DNA of 39,665 bases from a virus. The translations under genes and the position numbers were made by a program. Location: positions 1-39,665 of the IMG/VR virus record IMGVR_UViG_3300033148_003693. One strand, given 5' to 3'. Below the pieces are notes generated by a model. It ran no database searches, had not been told where the DNA came from, and saw nothing but the letters and a program-made list of their open reading frames with translations. Shown piece by piece: positions 7,972 to 17,351 of this stretch; within the stretch, counting starts at the first letter, position 1; every line of letters begins with the position of its first letter.

Positions 7972-9519
7972 ATGTCTACCAGTCAGATACCCGCCCGTAA
8001 ATTGGATATAACACGTGAAGACCATGCAAGGCGTATTGTCTTAGAAATTGACAATGAAGAAAATCGTAAAAGGCGTAGGGATGCTTGGGTAGCTAATCAA
8101 TGTTTAGAAGGACAGCAAAAACAATATGTACAGGCTAGACTTGCTGAACTTTACCCTGAAACTTTTGGTAAGTTTAGAGTGGGTGACATTAGTATAGTTA
8201 AAAAAGTAACTACTAAACAATCTAAGGCCTATAAAAACCCACCTATTAGAAAAGCTGAAGATGATAAAGAGACTGAAAGTCTCACTGATATTTATAAAAA
8301 ATATAAATTCAATAAAGTACTTAAAGAATTTGATTCAATATTTAATCTTCATAAATATGCGGCCCTATGGCTTACGTGGCAAAACCCTGAAGAACGTGAT
8401 GCTGAAGAAGGTAGGTATGTTCTTCATGCACTAGCACCTTATGAATTTGATATAGTACGGGACCAAATTAGCGGTGAACCTATTATATTTATTCTTAACT
8501 ATCCTGATACCAATGTTACTAGACAAGCTGGTGGGAGTGATGGACAAGAACAAACAATATCTGAAAGTCAATCTGATACTTCAGCACGTTCACGTATTTA
8601 TTCTATGTGGACTAAAGACACATTTGTAAAGGTTAAAGTTACTAGGGCTGAAGGGCATGGGAACCATACAGCTGAAAAAATGTCTATTGTATTTCAAGAA
8701 AAGAAAAAGAACCCTATTGGTAGACTTCCAATTACATACCTTCAAAAAGATACGGCTATAGATTACCCTATAAGTAATAATCTTGCTGACCAGTCTATAG
8801 AATGGAATGTAGCTTTTTCTGATTTAAAAACAGCTTCAGCTACACAAGGTCATGGGCAGTTAGTTATTGGTCACCCTGAAGGCCAAAAGATGAAGCAAGT
8901 TCACATGGGGATGCATACAGCTATCACTTTACCGCAAAGTAAAAAGCCTGATGCTAAACCTACTACAGCTGAATATATTAGTGCTAGTCCTGATCTTGGT
9001 GGTCAGTTAGATGTACTTAAATTTGATATTATTAATATATTGGATGATCACGGCATAAAAGCTAAGTCAACTATTGAAGGTAGTACAGAATCATTCGCAT
9101 CAGGATTTTCTAAGCTTGTATCTGAAGCTGATGTACAAGACTTAATTGAAGATAATCAATCTACCTATGCTGAAGATGTAGAACCTGACCTATTCCAAAA
9201 CGTCAAGGCACATGAAGAAGCAATGAACCAAACTACATTCGCTAAGACTGATGAAGTGGCCGTACATTTTGAAAAGCCTAAAGTTCTTATCAGTGATAAA
9301 GAAACATTAGATAATATTAGTCAACGTGAAGAACTTGGTACACTTCTACCATACGAAAAGCATATGATTCTTAATCCTAACCTGACTGTAGATCAAGCTA
9401 AAGAACGTGAAGCTGAAATACAAGAAGCTAGGAAAAAACAATTAAAAGAAATGGCTGATCTAATGGGTGAAGCTGAAACTACTGAAGATGATGACAATTT
9501 ACCACCAAAGGAAGAATAG
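7972..9519 (+). CDS. Portal protein
   Basis: 515 aa, immediately after terL. Acidic C-terminus. AAGGAAG SD. Call is by synteny; no specific motif recognised. Confidence 0.7.
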   Translation: MSTSQIPARKLDITREDHARRIVLEIDNEENRKRRRDAWVANQCLEGQQKQYVQARLAELYPETFGKFRVGDISIVKKVTTKQSKAYKNPPIRKAEDDKETESLTDIYKKYKFNKVLKEFDSIFNLHKYAALWLTWQNPEERDAEEGRYVLHALAPYEFDIVRDQISGEPIIFILNYPDTNVTRQAGGSDGQEQTISESQSDTSARSRIYSMWTKDTFVKVKVTRAEGHGNHTAEKMSIVFQEKKKNPIGRLPITYLQKDTAIDYPISNNLADQSIEWNVAFSDLKTASATQGHGQLVIGHPEGQKMKQVHMGMHTAITLPQSKKPDAKPTTAEYISASPDLGGQLDVLKFDIINILDDHGIKAKSTIEGSTESFASGFSKLVSEADVQDLIEDNQSTYAEDVEPDLFQNVKAHEEAMNQTTFAKTDEVAVHFEKPKVLISDKETLDNISQREELGTLLPYEKHMILNPNLTVDQAKEREAEIQEARKKQLKEMADLMGEAETTEDDDNLPPKEE

Positions 9520-9669
9520 ATGGGCTGTAGATACATGATAAACAATGTTGAATGTTTTGTTAAATTTTTAGATGGTGGGAATGAGGGTTATTGCTGTGTC
9601 AGTATAGCTGATGAAAGTTTTATAATATCGGTGAAGCTTCTTGCATCAATAGCTTCACCAGCGCCATAG
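9520..9669 (+). CDS. Possible 49-aa Cys-rich peptide (MGCRYMINNVECFVKFLDGGNEGYCCVSIADESFIISVKLLASIASPAP)
   Basis: Hand translation. The ATG directly follows the portal stop, and AAGGAAG lies 5 nt upstream inside the portal 3' end. Confidence 0.35.
   Translation: MGCRYMINNVECFVKFLDGGNEGYCCVSIADESFIISVKLLASIASPAP
9630..9659 (+). other. 9-bp perfect hairpin (ggtgaagct / agcttcacc, 12-nt loop) with no T-run
   Basis: Paired by hand. Lies in the portal-downstream spacer. Confidence 0.5.
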
Positions 9670-9677
9670 GTAACTAA

Positions 9678-10328
9678 ATGACTTCTGAAACTATTGCTAA
9701 CGGCACTACAGAAATTATTCATAGACTGGACCTTAACGATTACGGTCTAGAAGATGTACCTGAAGAAGCAAAGCAAGAAGCAAAACAAGAAGTAGCTGAT
9801 TACCTAGAGAACCAAATACTACGTGAAGTCAATAATGGGGTAAGCCCTGTTAGGGGTGAAGGTAGATTTAAAAGGCTAGATACTGATTATGCTATACGTG
9901 AAAAAAGTGGTAACAGATTATCTAACCTTGAAGATGAAGGGGACCTACTTACTGATTTTGATGTAAGCCTAGATGAAGGTTCTTTTCTAGAAGTAGGACA
10001 TAAGGGAAATCAAACACCTAAAGCTGATGGACATAACCAGCTATCAGCTAAAGCTAAAGCTTGGGCAAAACAGAATGGTTACCCTAGACGTAGATATATC
10101 CCTGATGATACTCAAAAGTTTATCCCTAAGATTACAGGTGAAATAGAAAATATAATAAGTGAATTTGTACCGACCGTTGTAGAACGTCTAGAGATAGCAC
10201 CTATTATTGTAAGCACTGTAGAAACACCTGAAGAAACCACAGTAACAATAGAAACTACTGATCTATTTAGTGATGATGTTATAGATTCACTTTTAGAAGA
10301 TGCTATACGTAGAAGGGGTGGGCTATGA
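9678..10328 (+). CDS. Virion/head-morphogenesis-region protein (216 aa), paralogous motif with the next gene
   Basis: ORF track. Shares GVSPVRGEGRFKRL with GISPVKGAGKFQKY of the next ORF. Acidic N- and C-termini. Confidence 0.6.
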   Translation: MTSETIANGTTEIIHRLDLNDYGLEDVPEEAKQEAKQEVADYLENQILREVNNGVSPVRGEGRFKRLDTDYAIREKSGNRLSNLEDEGDLLTDFDVSLDEGSFLEVGHKGNQTPKADGHNQLSAKAKAWAKQNGYPRRRYIPDDTQKFIPKITGEIENIISEFVPTVVERLEIAPIIVSTVETPEETTVTIETTDLFSDDVIDSLLEDAIRRRGGL

Positions 10329-10846
10329 CTTTTAAGGTAGAAGTATCAAAAGAATTTCAAGGCCTTCTAGATTCTACTAATAAAAAAGGTCTAATAGCTG
10401 ATGTACGAAAAAACTTTTCTAGAAAAGGTCATACCAAAATTAAACAAGCTATCATACAAGATATGATAAAAGGTATCAGCCCAGTTAAAGGTGCGGGTAA
10501 ATTTCAGAAATACAGCCCTTCATACAAAAAAGAAATTAGCAATAATAAATCTAGACGTATGCAATCGGCTAAACCAACAAAACAAAAAAGCCCTGTAAAT
10601 CTAAGACTTAAGGGCAAACTTCATAAGGACCTTCATTCATTCTTTGTAGGCAATGCGTTAGTAATACAATTTAGAAACTTCCTAGCTGATATTCACAATA
10701 GACAAGGTGCCGGTAAGTCAAAGGTAATTAGACGAATGTTACCCACAAATAAAGGTGAATCATTTAACCGTAGAATTGAAACGGTTATTTTTGATGAACT
10801 TAAAAAAGCTGTGGACAAGGTTGCTAAACAATTTTCTAGACAGTAG
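10325..10846 (+). CDS. Virion/head-morphogenesis-region protein (173 aa), basic
   Basis: ORF track. ATGA overlap with the previous gene. Shares the motif noted for 9678..10328. Confidence 0.6.
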   Translation: MTFKVEVSKEFQGLLDSTNKKGLIADVRKNFSRKGHTKIKQAIIQDMIKGISPVKGAGKFQKYSPSYKKEISNNKSRRMQSAKPTKQKSPVNLRLKGKLHKDLHSFFVGNALVIQFRNFLADIHNRQGAGKSKVIRRMLPTNKGESFNRRIETVIFDELKKAVDKVAKQFSRQ

Positions 10847-10874
10847 GATATTGCTACTAGATAATATTAATATG

Positions 10875-10916
10875 GGTCAACGTAGGTTACCCCGATTATG
10901 GTCAACGTAGGTTACC
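10875..10916 (+). repeat. Two 17-bp direct repeats GGTCAACGTAGGTTACC (10875-10891, 10900-10916) just upstream of the scaffold gene SD
   Basis: Perfect copies spaced 25 bp start to start. Each is a partial palindrome (ggt(c)aac-gtag-gttacc). AGGAG SD begins 3 nt after copy 2. Confidence 0.85.
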
Positions 10917-10931
10917 ATTAGGAGAAAAAAG

Positions 10932-11525
10932 ATGCCTGAAATTAGTGAAGAAGAATTAGCAAAGTTTAAAGCTGATAGTGAACGTGCTACTGACTTGGAA
11001 GCTTCTAAGAAAAGATTAGAAGATGAAAATGGTAAGTATAAAACACGTGCCCAAGATGCTGAAGGTAAATTATCTGAAGCTGAAAAAGCAAAACTAGCAG
11101 CTGAAGGGAATACGCAAGCTTTACTTGATAAAGAACGTGCTGAAAAAGTAGTGTTACAAGATCAGATTAAAGTAAGCAATAAAACTACCTTACGTGAAAA
11201 GTTACGTACTGAAGTATCAAAGTATGCCAAAGATGCGCATGATGTAGATATGATCATAAAAGTAACTGAACATAAAGGCTTGCTAAAGCTAGATGAAGAA
11301 GCACTAACTGTAGAAGGTGTTAAAGAGTATGTAGAAAAGGTACGTGAATCACACAGTTACTTATTTTCTAAAAAGCGTATGGACGGGGGCGATAATAAAC
11401 CACCTAAAGGCGACGAAGAAGAATTTAAGGCTGATGATGACAAGTACTTGAGTGAATTGCGTTCATGTTCTACACGACAACAAATGAATGACGTTAGAAA
11501 AAAGTACGGTAAAGCCGTTGACTAA
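10932..11525 (+). CDS. Scaffolding protein
   Basis: 197 aa, charged and Ala/Glu/Lys-rich with coiled-coil character. Sits directly upstream of the major capsid gene. Confidence 0.6.
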   Translation: MPEISEEELAKFKADSERATDLEASKKRLEDENGKYKTRAQDAEGKLSEAEKAKLAAEGNTQALLDKERAEKVVLQDQIKVSNKTTLREKLRTEVSKYAKDAHDVDMIIKVTEHKGLLKLDEEALTVEGVKEYVEKVRESHSYLFSKKRMDGGDNKPPKGDEEEFKADDDKYLSELRSCSTRQQMNDVRKKYGKAVD

Positions 11526-11602
11526 CACTAATTCTTAGTTGAAACTTAATGTAAAGAAAAAAACTTAATTAATAACCGTTTTATAAACAAAGGAATGTAC
11601 AA

Positions 11603-12529
11603 ATGGCTTTTACTGTTAACATGACTGGCACGACTCAAGTTGATGACAGCATCATCGAAGAATACGATGTAGAATTTAGAGTAGCTTTTGCTGAACAAGG
11701 TTCTATGTCACAACTTGCTTCCCTCAAAAGAGATATTGGGGCTAAAGCAATCAACCTACCAAAATATGAACAACTTTCACTTGCAACCACTCCCCTAGTT
11801 GAAGACACTGACCCCGATTCTGAAGCACTAGTTGATTCTAAAATTCAGATTATCCCTGAAGAGTATGGGAAGGTAGTAACAACTACTAAACTTGCTTCAC
11901 TCCAAACTGGTGGAATGGTAGACCGTGCCGCTGCTAGAATGGTTGGTATCAATGCTGGACGTACTCAAAACAAACTTGCTATTTTAGCTTGTGATGCTGG
12001 TACACAGATTATCCAAGCTGATGGCCTACTAGTTGAATCAGCACTAATCGCTACTGATACTATGGACGCTACATTAATGGGCAAAGCATTTAACTTGCTT
12101 GCACGTGCTAATGTTCCCGGCCTAAGTGGTAATGATTATTTCATGGTTGCACATGATGATGTTATTCATGACATTCGTGAACAGTCAGGTGCAAATTCGT
12201 GGATCGACGCACATAAGTATGCACTACCTGAAGCTTTACTAAAAAATGAAGTGGGTATGTATAAAGGGTTTAGAGTAATCCGCGACAACCTTTCCACTAT
12301 TGTAGTTGATGGTGGGGCAGTAAATGTAGATGTTTACTACTCATATTTCTTAGGCTTCAATGCGCTAGGTTGGGCAGTATCTCAAGACATTGGAATGGTT
12401 GCTACTGGTCCATTTGATAAACTTAACAGATTCGTTAATATGGGTTGGTTAGGTTGTTTCAATTACAAGATCATTGAAGATCAAGCTTTAGTTGTTGCTA
12501 AATCAGCTTCAAGTGTAGGCGCTAATTAA
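11603..12529 (+). CDS. Major capsid protein (HK97-fold class inferred)
   Basis: 308 aa after the scaffold gene. AAGGAA SD. A strong intrinsic terminator lies directly downstream, the typical high-expression layout. Confidence 0.75.
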   Translation: MAFTVNMTGTTQVDDSIIEEYDVEFRVAFAEQGSMSQLASLKRDIGAKAINLPKYEQLSLATTPLVEDTDPDSEALVDSKIQIIPEEYGKVVTTTKLASLQTGGMVDRAAARMVGINAGRTQNKLAILACDAGTQIIQADGLLVESALIATDTMDATLMGKAFNLLARANVPGLSGNDYFMVAHDDVIHDIREQSGANSWIDAHKYALPEALLKNEVGMYKGFRVIRDNLSTIVVDGGAVNVDVYYSYFLGFNALGWAVSQDIGMVATGPFDKLNRFVNMGWLGCFNYKIIEDQALVVAKSASSVGAN

Positions 12530-12561
12530 TAACTTTATCTGAAACGATAGGATAAATAACC

Positions 12562-12591
12562 AAAGGGTGGGTATAATGCTCACCCTTTTTT
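12562..12591 (+). terminator. Rho-independent terminator after the capsid gene
   Basis: Stem aaagggtg / cacccttt (8 bp), 11-nt loop, then a T6 run. Confidence 0.75.
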
Positions 12592-12606
12592 GTATAAGGA
12601 ATATGT

Positions 12607-12855
12607 ATGTCATTTTACGGTTCAAGAGTTACTCATTTTGTAGAAGGTAAGACTGAAGAAGAAGTACGTAAAAAACTTATAGTAATAGGTGGTGAACTTC
12701 AGCAAAAACTAGAAGTGATAAATGTCTATTATAATGCTGGTAAGGGTAGAGTAATAGCGTGGTATTTCCATGATATTAAAGCCGCACCATTACCCCCTAC
12801 AGGTGAATCTAAACCCATTAAGAAGACCAAGAAAAAAGTAACTAAGAAGGCTTAA
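12607..12855 (+). CDS. Small head-region protein (82 aa) with a KKTKKKVTKKA tail
   Basis: ORF track. AAGGAA SD. Lysine-rich C-terminus similar to the terS N-terminus and the 58-aa protein at 33699..33875. Confidence 0.65.
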   Translation: MSFYGSRVTHFVEGKTEEEVRKKLIVIGGELQQKLEVINVYYNAGKGRVIAWYFHDIKAAPLPPTGESKPIKKTKKKVTKKA

Positions 12856-12857
12856 AA

Positions 12858-13757
12858 ATGGCTGACACTTTTGACAAAACAACTAAATTACTTATTGATG
12901 GTTGGGCATTAGATCAGGCTAAATTTGGTAAATCATTCCTAGAAGAAATATTAGTACGTACAAGTAACCGCAATGAAATTTTTGGGGATATTAAAACACC
13001 TATTTCTTTAGGCCTTATCGAAGGTATTGAACTTAAAAGAATTAACGGCTTTGTAAATGATGTTGATTCAAATGATGCTAGTGATGTTACTTATCAAGGG
13101 GGTATATACCCCTTCTTAGCAGCACCACAACTTATAGATATTGTTTCAGATAATGCTAATGATACTAATGGTGGTACAGGTGCTAATACCGTTAGAATTT
13201 TTGGTTTAGTAGCTGGGTATATTGAAGATTCTGAAGACATTATTTTAAATGGTGTAACCCCCGTTCAAACCACTAAGGCCTTCATAGCTGTCAATTCAGC
13301 CTTTGTTTTAACTGCTGGTACACTTAATGCTAACGCTGGAACCATAACCTTCACTGATAATGCAGCTGCTTCAATTCAGGCCCAAATAGGGGTGAATGAT
13401 AATGATATAGGCTTAGTATCGGCCTTCCAAACTATTCAAACAATACCCGCTGGTAAAGTAGGGTTACTAGTTCATTCTATAGCTAGTATAACTAAGCGTG
13501 GTGGGTCTACAGGGGTTAAAGAAGGTGTTCTATCATTAGGGGTAAGTGAATTTGATTCTAATATATTTTATACTGGACGATTAACTACTACTAGAAGTGA
13601 CGGTACCAGTTTTGTAAAAATTGATGATGATTTTCCAAATGTATTAAATGAAAAATCGTCTGTAAAAGCTTCAGTATTTAGTTTTACAAATAATACTAGA
13701 TTTTCAGTAAATTTAACTTTGTTATTAATTGACAAACAAATATTTGGGTTACAGTAA
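12858..13757 (+). CDS. Virion structural protein (299 aa), function unknown
   Basis: ORF track. Tight coupling with its neighbours. Confidence 0.65.
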   Translation: MADTFDKTTKLLIDGWALDQAKFGKSFLEEILVRTSNRNEIFGDIKTPISLGLIEGIELKRINGFVNDVDSNDASDVTYQGGIYPFLAAPQLIDIVSDNANDTNGGTGANTVRIFGLVAGYIEDSEDIILNGVTPVQTTKAFIAVNSAFVLTAGTLNANAGTITFTDNAAASIQAQIGVNDNDIGLVSAFQTIQTIPAGKVGLLVHSIASITKRGGSTGVKEGVLSLGVSEFDSNIFYTGRLTTTRSDGTSFVKIDDDFPNVLNEKSSVKASVFSFTNNTRFSVNLTLLLIDKQIFGLQ

Positions 13758-14935
13758 TGGCTTTAGAAAATGACTACATTAATATGGTTCTAAATCGTTT
13801 TAAAGACGATGATATAAAAGTACTTATTGACAAGTTCACCTCTACTAAATGGTATGTAGGTGTATCTATATTTACCACTGCTTTAAAGCATGAACCTAAA
13901 TGGATGGTTTTTGAAATAGTTAATAGTGACAATACTGTAGATATTAATAGTAGTTCTAATCTATTTGAAAAAATATGGAATGATAGATTCATATTAGAAT
14001 ATGCTTCTTTAGAAAAAGTATTCCTTAGTACTACTGATATATCTGATAATACTGTGGGCGTTGATATAGCCACAATAACTACTTTAGGCGGCTTCACTCC
14101 AATTACATTTTCTATAGTTTCTCAAGATGCTGGTGATCACTTTGAAATAGTACTAGATAAATTAAAACTAAAAAATGCAGTATTACAAGGTAGCACTACT
14201 GATGTAACCATTAGGGCAACTGATAACACTGGTATGACTGTAGACATACTATTCACTATGACCGCTACCTTTTTTACTTCCACAAAGTCAGTTTATTGTA
14301 ATGGGGTAGACCAAAAAATTACCGTTGCTGCACATGATGAATTACATGACTTAAGTGATGCTATGTCACATTGCTTTTGGGTTAAAATACCTTCAGTTAA
14401 AGCATACGCACAAATACTAACACAAAAATATAGTTCTTCTGGGTATAAACAGCTATTTCAATTAGACAGTAGTGGGGCAAAAATCTTTATCCAATACTTT
14501 GGTAATGAAGGGGTTAAGGGAAAAATCAGCACTAATTCAATAGTTGATAATCAATGGCATTTTATAGTAGCAACATTTAAAGCATCTACTGATGAATTAG
14601 AATTATATATTGATGGCGCTAAAGATTTTGCTCCAAATGGTGTTACAGCTATTAGTGCCATCACAACATATGTGTCATCCACGCTTTATTTATTGGATAA
14701 TTTGGAAGCCAATATTGATGATGTAGCTATTTTTAATAGATTGTTATCTGCTGCTGAAGTATTGGATTTTTACAATGAAGGTGCCCCAAAAGATTTAACC
14801 AATGAAGCTGGGCTTGTGTACTACGCCCAAATAGGTGACGATGTAATATCCAATGCACAAAATGCAATTGTTGGTGTAGCTGGACAACTCATTAACTTAG
14901 ATGAAAATACAATCTCAATGGACGTGCCTTCATGA
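13757..14935 (+). CDS. LamG/concanavalin-like lectin-fold domain protein with an N-terminal Ig/cadherin-like segment
   Basis: C-terminal half carries CFWVKIPS...NQWHFIVATF...LELYIDGA...IDDVAIFNRLLSAAEV, the remembered Laminin_G_3 pattern. Middle segment FSIVSQDAGDHFEI...VTIRATDNTG is cadherin/Ig-like. Confidence 0.6.
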   Translation: MALENDYINMVLNRFKDDDIKVLIDKFTSTKWYVGVSIFTTALKHEPKWMVFEIVNSDNTVDINSSSNLFEKIWNDRFILEYASLEKVFLSTTDISDNTVGVDIATITTLGGFTPITFSIVSQDAGDHFEIVLDKLKLKNAVLQGSTTDVTIRATDNTGMTVDILFTMTATFFTSTKSVYCNGVDQKITVAAHDELHDLSDAMSHCFWVKIPSVKAYAQILTQKYSSSGYKQLFQLDSSGAKIFIQYFGNEGVKGKISTNSIVDNQWHFIVATFKASTDELELYIDGAKDFAPNGVTAISAITTYVSSTLYLLDNLEANIDDVAIFNRLLSAAEVLDFYNEGAPKDLTNEAGLVYYAQIGDDVISNAQNAIVGVAGQLINLDENTISMDVPS

Positions 14936-15552
14936 AACAATGGTGTATAGTAAAAAAATCTAGGCTAACTGATGCTTTAAAAGATGGGAATGATCCTAAA
15001 CTTTTAAATAGTGGTCAATATCTAGTAAGAGTAACTAAAAATAATGAATACCTTCTTCATGGCTATAAAAGATATGACTTTGAAGATTTAAAAGATAAGG
15101 ACCTAGATACTACTAATTCACATAAAGAAAAAGAAGATATTAGTAACTCACCTTTCAAAGATAAAAAAGTATGTAATGACCATAGACTATTTAAAAGACT
15201 TCATGGGTCAGATTTTATACCACTAATAGCTGGGGCTACAGAAATATTAGAACTTACTATAGGTTACGCTTGGGCAAAAATTGAAGCTATGGAAGTTATA
15301 GGGGCCGGTAAACAACACACTTGTAATTTAATAATAGTAGATACAGATACAGGGGCTTTTTCTGGTGTACCTGATGCTGTGCTAAATCAGTTTTGCTTTG
15401 ATGCTGCTGTAGCTGAAAACTTCCATAGATTCGCTTCTAAATATGATGCTGATTTATATTTAGGTATGGGTGTACAGTTAGAAATAACTAACCATTCAAC
15501 TATAGATAGTGTGATAGCTCTAAATCTTGAATTAAATGAGGTAGTAAAATGA
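14932..15552 (+). CDS. Virion-region protein (206 aa), function unknown
   Basis: ORF track. ATGA overlaps at both ends. Confidence 0.6.
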   Translation: MKQWCIVKKSRLTDALKDGNDPKLLNSGQYLVRVTKNNEYLLHGYKRYDFEDLKDKDLDTTNSHKEKEDISNSPFKDKKVCNDHRLFKRLHGSDFIPLIAGATEILELTIGYAWAKIEAMEVIGAGKQHTCNLIIVDTDTGAFSGVPDAVLNQFCFDAAVAENFHRFASKYDADLYLGMGVQLEITNHSTIDSVIALNLELNEVVK

Positions 15553-16037
15553 AAGTGACTATTCATCAGACAACATCTAGAAGTAAGTTCCCATTTAATA
15601 GCTTATCTTTACTGATAAAATACTTTTCTAAAACTGATTATAGTCACTATGCAATGTCATACGAATCTGAAAGTGGTAATACTGTATTTTGTGATTCTAC
15701 ATCTAAGGGTGTAAGACAAATGGCACAAGAACAGTTTGATAAACACAACATCATAAAAAGATCATTTGTGTGTGACGTAGACATACCTAGAGAATATTTT
15801 CTAAGATGGTTTGAACGTCATCAAGGTAAAGACTACGGGTTTAAACAAATTGTAGGGCTTGCTTTAAAAATATTCCATATAGTTAAACATAACCCTTTTG
15901 GTAAGGGTGCTAAGAGAATTATATGTAATGAACTAGTAGTACTTTTCATCAATAGATTCTATCATACTGGTGTTGTTGATACTGATAGCTTAAACTTAAA
16001 AGATACTGAACAACTGATATATAAGGCGGTTATATGA
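15549..16037 (+). CDS. Permuted papain-fold (YiiX/C92, NlpC/P60-related) peptidase, candidate cell-wall hydrolase
   Basis: Ordered motifs YSHYAM, FCDSTSKGV, GKDYGF, IICNELV match the remembered permuted order (His before Cys) of YiiX-like enzymes. Confidence 0.5.
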   Translation: MKVTIHQTTSRSKFPFNSLSLLIKYFSKTDYSHYAMSYESESGNTVFCDSTSKGVRQMAQEQFDKHNIIKRSFVCDVDIPREYFLRWFERHQGKDYGFKQIVGLALKIFHIVKHNPFGKGAKRIICNELVVLFINRFYHTGVVDTDSLNLKDTEQLIYKAVI

Positions 16038-16894
16038 ATTTCTACACAGTACTACATGACAATGGGGTAACTATTGAAAACATTAGTCTATCTGTTAAAG
16101 ACTTTACTACTAATTTTGTACCCCTTGCGTTGGCTGATGTTGATTATTTATATGTGGGTTATTACAAACCCTTCAAGCAATTCTTTATTGAACTAAACCC
16201 CGCTAATACTGTAGCTGGTGAAATTGCTTTTGAATATTGGAACGGTGCCGCTTGGGTAGCTCTAGAAGCTATTGATGAATCACAAAACTTTTTTAAGTCA
16301 GGCTTCATTTATTTTAATCGTCCTGAAGACTGGGCTGCTAATACCGTTGATAGTAATGAAAACTTTTATATTAGACTACAGCCTTCAGCTTCACATGATG
16401 TTAGTACAGAAGTACGTGGGCTAGGTATTTTACTTAGTAATGACCTTGATCTAGAAGGTATTAAATCTAATATCGTATCTAAATTGAATAATGGTACTTC
16501 ATGGGTAGGTAAGCATGAAGCTGCTAGGAAATATATTATTCAAAAGCTTAGAAATTTAGGCAATAGAAAAGTTATATCTTCACAAAGTAATAACCCTGTT
16601 TTTGCCACAGCTAAAGAAACGAATAATATTCTATTTAGTGATCTTACTGAATTTGATCTATTGGAACCCTTTGAATTGCGTGAAGCTTCTAAATTCTATG
16701 CTTTAAGTTATATCTACCTTGACGAATTGTCTGATGAACAAGATGATAAGTGGGAACGGTCAGGTAAAAGACATTTACGTAGGGCTGATGAAGCAATAAA
16801 TCTTTTTATGCTTAAGCTTGACACAAATGACAATGGTGAAGAAGATGCTGCTGAAAGTAGTGGTAATACTGGGATAAGTCTATCATGGGTATAG
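16034..16894 (+). CDS. Virion protein (286 aa), head-tail joining region
   Basis: ORF track; call by position only. Confidence 0.5.
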   Translation: MNFYTVLHDNGVTIENISLSVKDFTTNFVPLALADVDYLYVGYYKPFKQFFIELNPANTVAGEIAFEYWNGAAWVALEAIDESQNFFKSGFIYFNRPEDWAANTVDSNENFYIRLQPSASHDVSTEVRGLGILLSNDLDLEGIKSNIVSKLNNGTSWVGKHEAARKYIIQKLRNLGNRKVISSQSNNPVFATAKETNNILFSDLTEFDLLEPFELREASKFYALSYIYLDELSDEQDDKWERSGKRHLRRADEAINLFMLKLDTNDNGEEDAAESSGNTGISLSWV

Positions 16895-17337
16895 TACAAG
16901 AAATACAAGAAGCTATTAAGCCTATTATTAAGGCCGTTACTGGGTACACCCAACTTGATTATGAATATGATATTGATTTGAATAGTGACCGTGGATACAC
17001 TGAAAAGTACGGCTTCATTCCCCAAGATGCTTCCTTTGCTGAAGGTAAGTCAATGGGGTTCACTACTATGGACCATACTTTTCAGCTTATCCTAACTAAT
17101 GATTTTAAAAACCAAGATGATGACACGGCACAAAATAGTGCTTTAATGGTAATGTACGAAAAAGCACAAACACTACTTAAAGATTTACAGAAAAGTAGAC
17201 TTGCATTACCTACCCCCACTAATAAAGTAAAGTTAATTAGCGGTTTATCATTTGATGATCCAGAATTTTCAGGTGATAATAGTACAGTAGCCTTAAGGCT
17301 CAATTTAAAGATACAATATAGTTATAGAAATAATTAA
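16885..17337 (+). CDS. Virion protein (150 aa), possible tail completion/terminator protein
   Basis: ORF track. Immediately upstream of the major tail gene; call by position only. Confidence 0.45.
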   Translation: MGIVQEIQEAIKPIIKAVTGYTQLDYEYDIDLNSDRGYTEKYGFIPQDASFAEGKSMGFTTMDHTFQLILTNDFKNQDDDTAQNSALMVMYEKAQTLLKDLQKSRLALPTPTNKVKLISGLSFDDPEFSGDNSTVALRLNLKIQYSYRNN

Positions 17338-17351
17338 CAAGGAAGTAGAAA

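Noticed and set aside
12572-12577. Perfect TATAAT inside the loop of the capsid terminator
   Set aside because: There is no acceptable -35 or TGn element at the right spacing, so it is probably coincidental in AT-rich DNA.
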